A DNA stretch of 64,000 bases from the NCBI GenBank assembly GCA_030704615.1, contig CM060733.1, forward strand, positions 59,520,001-59,584,000, written 5' to 3'. Shown here piece by piece: positions 55,641 to 64,000 of the stretch (within the stretch, counting starts at the first letter, position 1; each line of letters starts with the position of its first letter). This DNA is from Takakia lepidozioides (lineage: Eukaryota > Plantae > Bryophyta). The notes beneath the pieces were generated by a model. It was given only the letters and a program-made list of their open reading frames with translations. It was not told the DNA's origin and searched no databases. Both the position numbers and the translations under genes were made by a program.

Positions 55641-57026
55641 ATTTACGGGCCCTCACTTGGCGTGGTTTGCCTTCATGCCTGTGGCCGCTCTGGCAGTTCC
55701 ATTTCTCCAAGGGTTTAGCCACGCCAAGCTAGGGTTTGTGTCTCTTGGACTCTAGGCTTCTTTCCACCGAGCTATGGTGGCTGTGAGGAAATCAGCAAGG
55801 TATTCTTGCTCTTTCGGCTCCCACACACCACCATAGTAGCCCTAAGCCATGAGGTGGTTGCCACAAACCAAGCCTTCTTTCTCACTTAGCCTCCCCAAAC
55901 ACGCCACTAAACTCAATGGCAAACAACCAAGCCCTGCTGGTTCCCAGCCCTTGTGAGCACTCATTCAAGCACTCTCATTGGCCATAGCATCTGTCTTAGA
56001 GCCTATTCCAGCCCCTACACCTGCTTCAAGAGTTTGCGCTCCCTTCAAGCTTGAAGTTGAAACCCCAACTCACATAGGCCCTACAAGTGCTTTCTTTCAC
56101 TCCAAGTGGAAACCAGCCCTAGACCTTCCGTTCTAGCTCTCTAAGCTTGAAAACAAGCCTCAATGGGCTGAAGGCATGCTCCACACATGCCCCACTCTCA
56201 CCATAAGAGAATCAGCTCCTTTGCTTCATTTCTTGCACCCACAAACCTGAAATACAAGCTTCAGCAGGCTGAAAGCATGCTCCACATGCCCTACAGGGAA
56301 ACCAGCCCCCCTTCCTTCCTTTCTTGCACTCCCACACCTGAAAGTGCAAGCCTTCACCAGGCTGATAGCATGCTCCACACATGCATTGCCCTCACATAAG
56401 GGAAGTCAGCCCTTCCCTCTTCCTTGCTTGCCCTCCAAGCTTGAAGATGGAAGCTTCAATGAGCTGAATACATGCTCCACACATGCAACCTCTTCACACA
56501 AGAGATATCAGCCCCCTATCTTGGCTCCTTGGCTCCTTGATGCTCTCTAAGACAAGACTAAGCACTCCACAGCCTTTGCCAAGCTCCTGAAACCCTAAGG
56601 CTTACATTTCCAGCCACAAGACACTTCTCTTGTGGTGCAAGAGCTCTTCTTCCAAGCTCTGAAACCCTAGGTGCACATTCCATGGCCTTGCCGCACCTCT
56701 TAGCTCCTGTTCCAGCCCTGCTCTTGCCATGACAAGAGCCTCTCAATGCTGAAGCTCGAGATTGAAACCCAATCTCACCATACTCCACAAAGTGCACTGA
56801 TTTGCCCCAAGCCAAATCAGCCCTTTCGCTTGGTCCTGCAATGGTGCTTTCATCTCTGAAGCTGAAGATCGAATGCCAAGGTCTACCACCTCGTAACCCA
56901 CATCGCCTCCGCTTCTAACAACCAAGAGCTCCACGGTGCTCCTTGCATAACAACTTGGTTTCTCTCATTCTCAAGCAAAAACCACAAGTGCTACAACTAA
57001 CTCGTATCTGGCACTCATAGATACGA

Positions 57027-57042
57027 GCTCATCTTTCTCGAG
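57027..57042 (-). promoter_or_regulatory. Putative self-priming primer-binding site of copy 1
   Basis: The 16 nt directly inside repeat b' are the exact reverse complement of 57205-57220. An adjacent 9-bp hairpin lies at 57001-57027. Confidence 0.75.
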
Positions 57043-57608
57043 TGATAAAGAAGAAGAATACAAGCACAAGCTCATGAGCTCACAAAGCTGAAGCATAAAC
57101 TCATGCATATATAACCTCATCACTCAAATACAAGTCAAGCCAAGTGCACCCCACGCCATGGGGAATCCACACTACGGCGCATAGCTAGGCGCGGTGAGGC
57201 TCAACTCGAGAAAGATGAGCCTCCCGCGCTTGCCGTGAAGATAACCACTCCAGGGCCTAAATCTGCCTTGACCCCTGGATTGACACTTGGGCCAATCCCA
57301 AATGTCAATATGTAAAAGCTAGCTATTTCCTAGCTAGTTTCACACTAGTGGTAAAATAACTTGAGACACGGCGAGAAAATGTTGCCTTCTGCCCCTCGTT
57401 AGGGGGCGACGCTTAGGCGTCGCACGGAAGGGCTGCTTTTTGCCCTTCATCAACCCGTGCGACAGCCAGGCGTCGCCGCCTGGCCCCGGTGCCAGGTGGC
57501 GACCCGTGGGGTTTGGCTGCGACGGCCCGACGTCGCACGCTCGGCGCCGCGTGGGGCGTGGGGGCGCGGTTGACGTCGCAAACCCCCCCCCCCCCATTTG
57601 TTGTAGTG

Positions 57609-60600
57609 ACCGCTACTGCATCCAATAGCACCGCCGATCCAATCCAAGACCGCACCTGATGCACACTGGCCATAACCCTGGCCCGAGAATCCCCCATAAG
57701 AGGAACATTCTCCAAAATATAGCCTAGAGGTTGCACTTGCCTCGACTGCAAGTCCCGCAACACTCGCAACATCTCCCAAAACAAATGCGATCGTGCATCA
57801 TGCAAGCCATTCCCATGACCTACGGGAGAGTGTCCTTGGCAAGGCCATCTGGCTATCACCAAGTCAATGGAACCATGCCGGTCCAAATCATCCGCCCCCA
57901 GCAAGGTAATGTCTGCTGGCAAGGCCTTTTGATACCATTGAATTGCTGAGAGAGGCAACAACTCATGATATTGGTGTGTGAGCAAGGTGATGTGGTGCAT
58001 AGAAATACGCCGAGCTATCTTATCCTTCTCCACATACAATTATTTGCGTACTTTAATCCCTGCTTGCAACACTCCTACAAGCCCAGTGCTCATGCCTCCA
58101 AACAAGTCTAACAAACAAATCCCTGAGTCAGGTGGTTGCCAAGTAATGGGCATTGTGTCCAAAGGAGCTAACTCAGGAGGTCCAGGTGATGTCACTGAAC
58201 TCCCCTCACTCATCAATGGAAAGGCCACATGCCATGCTTGGTGCACATATTCGCCTGCTACTCGATGCAAATTCCCAACCGTACCCCACAGTGGAATATG
58301 CACAGGCACATGAGGAAGCAAATCAGCCTTGTATGCCAATTGTTTGTCCTCATTAGGTGATGGCCTATCATTTGCATGACTATTGCCCTCCAAGAGCTCA
58401 CCACCCCAAGCCATCACCCCTGAAAATGCAGCCAATGTGGGCATCATGTTCCTATGATCCACCGCTACATTCCCAATAAACCGCACTGGGAGCGGTGCAC
58501 GTCAGCCATCTCCTGATTGCCATTCCGGCCTGTAGGATGTCGTTTCCTCCCAAAAGTCCAGAGTGAATCCCATGGGGTATAACACTGCCCCACCAACAAG
58601 CACATCATAGGACATCGCATCCGTAACAATGGCTTTAGTTCATATGACTGAGCCGTCCGTAGGATGAACCGGCTGCAATCGAATGAAGAGCTCATGGCGT
58701 GTAATCCCTCGCGCCTCCTCTGAACCACCCAAAGATGTTTGAATTTGAAAAGGGCAAGGCTCCAAATCCGCCTCTGTAAGGCCCAAGCCTGTAATTTCTG
58801 CTCTCCCCAACATCAATGGCTGTGCTCCCGAGTCCAGCAAGACCCGTAGTGGCCTATACCTCCTCCCGGCTGGGCCACCTAACTGAAACACACCATCCTG
58901 ATTGTCCACCGGGACTACCCCAGGAGTCACCATACTACGCTCAATGGCTGGTCTAGCTGGCAACTCCTGCAACCTTGCAGCTGCCGCTTGCCATGGTGCA
59001 GCTGTGGTTGTCTTCACCCTTGAGTCCAGGGCATCCATGCACTGCACATTATCCGCTATCCCCGCAGATAGTGCCGATGCATCACCACTCTCACAGAGTC
59101 TAGTTGCTAATCTGAACATAGCAGCTGGCCGAATTCCCGGCATTGCAATTGCCATTGCAGAAAACAATGGAGTTTGACAAATTGCCGTAGCCGTCCCCAA
59201 CAATGTACTCACTGCACCTTGCTTAGCAGCACCACCCACTGGCGTTTCCCGAGCTACACCAACGCTCCCCACTGGCATTCGTGGCTCTACCTCTGACACA
59301 CTTGGGCGAGCGAATACCATCGATGGCGGAGTTGACATTGTCTTAGCCAATGTGAAAAACTGTGGAAGCCTTGTCTGTCAACTTGTTTCCCCTCTTTGTA
59401 GATCAAAATCCACATCTGCTCCTCTTGACTCAGAAGTACGCGTTGCTGCTCGAGTGACAGCAGCTGCAGAGTCCACATGCAATGGTCCTGCAAGTGCGGC
59501 TCCACACATGAAGCCCATACCAATCTGGTCTTTCCTAGGCATAGGAGGCTGTGTAGGTGGGGCTTGAACCTCAGGCCTTGGAGCTGGTGCAACATGAGTA
59601 GTGGCCATGGTAGCAAGACGTTGCTCTAGCTAAGCAAGCTTATCCACCATGCCTTGGTCATGACTTTGACCTTGACCTTGTACTCTTTGGTTTTGGTTAC
59701 GACCTCCACCGCGACCTCTACCTCCTCTACCTCTCTGGACTACATTGCTTCGTCCTCGGCTACCATTGTTCCCTTGGAACTAGCCTGGCCGTAGCTCAAG
59801 ATGCAACTCATAACAATGGGCCTCCTCATGCCCATACTTGCCACAATGCCCACACTGTAGTTGTGTAGGCTGTGCCTGTGCCGGCCCTTTGCCTCTCTCT
59901 GGGCAATCTATTTTATCATGGGGTCCTCCACAATCCCAACATGTCACACCCGACTGTTGTTGGCCTGAGAATGAAGAAAGTGACCTCTGCAATTGAGATC
60001 CTCTCTGTCCTTCCCTGGGCTTCGCCTGAGCCCTCTTGTTGCCTTGAGCACGTTGGGGTAGTGGTTGTTGTTGGCTAGGAGCCCCACTTCGTTGTGTTTT
60101 CTTACCAAACCCCACCATGATCACTCGCTCCTCCACCATATTGAGCTCTATCCGCCCTGCCAGCAAAAAATGTTTGCTCAGGTGGGTTGGTCCACTTGTA
60201 GGAGAGTTGCATCCCGCACCCTTCTCCTCAGCTCCTTGTCCAATATCCCATACCAGAATTGGACTGCTTGAGCTTCCGTAACCCTTTGGGTCACATTTAT
60301 CAATCGTCTCATGCGCGTGTAAGCCTCCATCAAACTCTCAGTAGGCTTGTGCTGGAACTCTTATAAGCTCCGCAATTTCTCCGTCCTTATCCCCTGGTAG
60401 TTTCTCCTCAACTCCTCGAAGAACTCCACAACTGGATTAAAGGTAGGCACGGGTGCTGGTGCTGGTGCTGCAGCAGGAGCTTGAGTGGATTTCCCAGCTC
60501 CATCTTTACTTGTCCCACTACTAGTGCCTGCAGTTGGGGATGTTGGTGTAGCTGCTAGTGTCGCCGTTGCCCTTGTGCCTCTAGTGATGGAGACATAGTC

Positions 60601-61048
60601 AGGTGACCAATATTTTCGCCACTCCTCAATCTCCACCTCATTTCCCCGCCTAAACTCATGGTAGTCATCCATAGGCGGGCCCCTCAAGGTGCTGAAACAG
60701 CCCCTTCCACGCCATAAATAACGCAAACAGTTGTGGATTGCGCATCTGCTGCAAATCACACCAACTATTAAACTCCTGTATGAAATCATCAAGCTCGATG
60801 GTGCCCACAGATCCCGAGTACCGACGTGGCCCCTTGGTAGCTCCATACATTTCCTTCATCGTATCCCACAACAATGGCACGGAAATGGTTTGCACCCTCG
60901 GCGAGAATCATCCTAACTCTGAGTCTGAACCTTCTTCAGAAGACACTGAAGGTGAAGGTGGTCTAAACCGCACACCTCGTTTTGTATACCCACTAGTATC
61001 GCTGGTGCTCGTACCGACACTCTCCTCAGCAACTGGTGGCACCTCCGT
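57609..61048 (-). pseudogene. Copy 2: Gag, protease and N-terminal half of DNMT
   Basis: CWDCGGPHDKIDC, CGHCGKYGHEEAHC, LLDSGAQ, LLDLFGGMSTG, DLVIARWPCQ, YILENV. Several premature stops. Confidence 0.92.
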
Positions 61049-61769
61049 GATGAAAACTCACACTCAAACCGGCTATCAACTTGTCTCTAATCCCCCTTTC
61101 CACAAGGTAACCGGGTAGAGAACTTGTTGTGGCTTATGGTTTGGAATACTAGGTTCCTAACTTGAACCTGCACGTGCACTTGCATCCACCGCAGGCACTC
61201 CTATGGTCTGCTGGTCATCACCCCAGCCTCATCACCGACAGCACGCTCTAGGATTGGTCGGCCACAATATTTCCGGCACAACCACCTATAAAAGTAAGCA
61301 CCCAAACCAAACTAGCATGGCGCACAGTCAAGCATGCATGTGTGGGAGGAGGATCCAAACACAAGAAACTCAAACAACAACACCCCCCACAGCTTAAATC
61401 ATTCGATCTCCTTGCGGCTTCAGTAAACCTGCAAGATGACCAAGTCTCTATCCAAACTAGCTCTGCCTCCGCTTACGGAAAAGCTTTGGCCTACAAAGAT
61501 GATGGAAGACTATAGAGAAGGGAAGCTAAAGCAATCTCTAAGCCCAAAATGCTCTCATCCCATTACTCCCTCTATTTTCACACTCACTCTTGCTCGAGCA
61601 ATAGATAAGACTATCCTTAAAGAACTTCTCAAATAACTCTCAAGAGCCCTCCAATTATTGTCATGAACTTCTGAAATCTGCCCTCAATCAGCCCCTAACA
61701 TAGACCCACCGAGGTTCAAGAAGTTTGCAGACTTGGACTTCAAACAGTCCACAAAAAGGCCCTAGGCAC

Positions 61770-62900
61770 CCGCCAATTAGTGGCCACCAAGGTCTCCAAC
61801 CAGCCCTCATAATGGCTCCACAAGCCTGCCCAATATGGCATCCAAGGACCTCCAACAGTCTTCCAAACAGCCCTTAAGAAGCTCCAAAAATCTATCAAGT
61901 ATTGGCCTCCAAGGACCTCCAACAGTCCTCCAACAGTCCTTAAGAAGCTCCTCAAATCTGCTAAGTATTGGCTTCCAAGAACCTCCAATAGTCCCCCAAA
62001 TAGCTCTTAGAAAGTTCCATAAGCCTGCCCAATATGGGCCTCCAAGGACCTCCAATCGTCCTCCAACCAGCCCTCACAAGGCTCCACATGCCTGCAAAAC
62101 ATTGGCCTCAAAGGACCCCAAATAGTCCTTCAAACAGCCCCAAGCAGGCTCCACAAGCCTGCAAGATATTGGCTTCAATAGACCCCAATATCCTCAAGCA
62201 GGCCCAATACCTGCAAGATATTGGCCTCAATAGACCCCAAATAGTCCTCAAAGCAGGCCCCAATACCTGTAAGATATTGGCCTCAATAGATCCCAAATAG
62301 TCCTCAAACAGGCCCAATACCTGCTAGATATTGGCCTCAATAGACCCCAAATAGTCCTCAAACAAGCCCCCATAAGGCTCCAAAAATATCCACAGTCAGT
62401 CGATTTTTCATCCGTCACCAACCAAATTTAATCCAAAACCGTGATTTCTCATCCGCAGGTCTGATATTTCATCCGCCACGATAGTTCATCCGTCGGTGCG
62501 ATATTTCATCCGCTGGCGCAGTTTCATCCGTTGCCGCGATTTTTCATCCGCTGCCACGATTTCATCCGCTGACGCAGTTTCATCCGTCGTCGTGATTTTT
62601 CATCCGATGGCACGATAGTTCATCCGCTGACGCAGTTTCATCCGTCACCGCGATTCTTCATCCGATAGCGCGATAGTTCATCCACTGACAACATTTCATC
62701 CACTGGCGCAGTTTCATCCACTACAGATTCTCATCCAGGAGCGCCGATTCTCATCCACTGGCTCAATAGTTCATCCGATGGGACAATGGTGGTGCTCCCA
62801 ACTCTGGGGCAATGTTCCCACACGTTCCCATGCGTTCCCAAGCGTTCTCATGCGCTCCCTCGAGTTCCCAAGGAGTTCTCACGTGTTCCCACGCGTTCCC
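61770..62900. repeat. Three successive tandem arrays in the 5' leader of copy 2: ~54-66-bp units (TTGGCCTCAATAGACCCCAAATAGTCCTCAA), ~18-20-bp units with core TTCATCCG (62400-62780), and GTTCCCA units (62810-62900)
   Basis: Directly visible periodicity. Confidence 0.85.
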
Positions 62901-64000
62901 AAGCTAGGGTTTGCGCCGCTTTGCCTCTGCGATTGCTGCAACGAGCTATGGCTTCTATGGAGCAACTAGAGGTGCTGTTCTTGGTTTCTTGAGCATCAAT
63001 AGACCACCAAGAGCGCCTCTAACTCCCTGAGCAAGCTATTTGCCACATAACAAGCTCTCTTTCTCTATAGAACTTATTGAAACAGCATAGAACAAGCTAT
63101 TGAGCTCTCTATGGCATACCCTCTTCTAGCCACTGCATGCACTCATAGTGCTTCATTCTATGGCCATAGTGGACTTCTTAGAGCTCCTAATCCAACCCTG
63201 CACTTGCCATTTCCATAGACATGCTCTTTCCAAGCTTGGGATTGAAACCCCAACTCAAAGCATGCTCTACAAATACACTATTCTGCCCCAAAGAAAAATC
63301 AGATGTCTACCTCCACTCATAGCTCTCCTAAGCTTGAAGTTGAAGACTCCCACAAGCTGAAACCGTGCTCCACACATGCACCGCTCGCTCCCTTAACACC
63401 CGAGCTCTTCTTGAACTCCTCAAACCCTGCAACACTTGCAGAATAAGAGCTTCTTCACAAGCTCTCAAACTTTTCAATGGGGCTCTCCTTGAAGACCTCC
63501 TCTTGTACATAAACACCACAAGGCTTTCCTCTTCCAAACCCTGCAATACTTTGTAACTTAAGAGCTATCTACCAAGCTCTCTTCCACACACAAGTGGTAA
63601 CTATGCTAACACCTTGTACTCATCGATGTAAGCAAGTCGTCTTCTAGTGATACGGAAATGGTGAAAAGAGGATAAACCACTCTATCACGTTATATAAGTC
63701 AATCCCATGGCACCTTTGCTAAATGACTCCACCATACAGACCTCACCCACTTTCCATCTCAAGAACTAGAGTTATGGCGGCGAGAGAGGCCTCGAGAGGC
63801 TCGACTAGAAGAAGACAAGCCTGCCTACGTCTCACATGGAGATAACCTCTCCACGTTCCAAGTGAGGTTCACCACCTCACTTGGCACATGGAACCAAATG
63901 AAGTCCCAATGCCAACAAAATACAAATATAAATGTATAATGTCCTAATTAGCTAGAAATAACTATTTCTAATTAATCACAAACAAAACCATGATATGGGT

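Larger units (their letters stand above)
46727..57368 (-). mobile_element. DNMT-encoding Ty3/Gypsy-like retrotransposon, copy 1 (young, all domains present, 10.6 kb)
   Basis: Repeats: a 46727-46914, b 46916-47241, a' 47244-47430, b' 57043-57368. TSD CGGC at 46723-26 and 57369-72. TG...CA ends, PPT at 47431-42. Repeat pairs differ almost only by 1-2-nt indels. Confidence 0.95.
28175..57608 (+). mobile_element. CACTA/EnSpm DNA transposon, 29.4 kb including nested insertions
   Basis: Termini CACTACA / TGTAGTG, 3-bp TSD ACC (28172-74, 57609-11), GC-rich subterminal GCGACG/CGTCGC arrays at both ends. Removing it restores the DNMT reading LDAVAV-GSRAHR. Confidence 0.93.
25614..63995 (-). mobile_element. 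DNMT-encoding Ty3/Gypsy-like retrotransposon, copy 2 (older, RT/RNaseH deleted, interrupted by CACTA)
   Basis: Repeats: a 25614-25698, b 25700-26047, a' 26050-26134, b' 63648-63995. TSD TGGG at 25610-13 and 63996-99. PPT at 26135-46. Gag/PR/DNMT/INT/PHD are homologous to copy 1. Confidence 0.92.

Noticed and set aside
46727-57368. DIRS/PAT/Ngaro tyrosine-recombinase element, suggested by the split repeats
   Set aside because: No recombinase ORF was seen. It has protease, H2C2+DDE integrase, PPT and TSDs, in Gypsy domain order.
61770-62780. CRISPR-like array
   Set aside because: Degenerate tandem units without unique spacers, in a eukaryotic context with no cas genes.

Overview
Eukaryotic, intron-rich land-plant nuclear DNA, probably from a non-seed plant (inferred from the gene sequences, a PLS-type PPR fragment and the TE types). 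The first ~21 kb holds three spliced host genes: HMG-CoA synthase (first exon outside the window), phytoene synthase and splicing factor SF3B4. Between them lie MITEs, a tRNA-derived SINE family and LINE/Gypsy debris. From 25.6 kb to the end is one nested TE block: Ty3/Gypsy-like copy 2 (25614-63995) is split by a 29.4-kb CACTA element (28175-57608), which itself carries a young, near-complete relative, copy 1 (46727-57368). The standout is this retroelement lineage. Its polyprotein reads Gag-PR-DNMT3-like C5 cytosine methyltransferase-RT-RNaseH-integrase-PHD. Both divergent copies lack ordinary paired LTRs and instead show split direct repeats (b-internal-PPT-a-GC-b-T-a), TG...CA termini, 4-bp TSDs, an internal palindromic att-like junction (GACA-GC-TGTC) and a self-complementary, tRNA-independent PBS. 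All calls were made by eye; no database searches were run.
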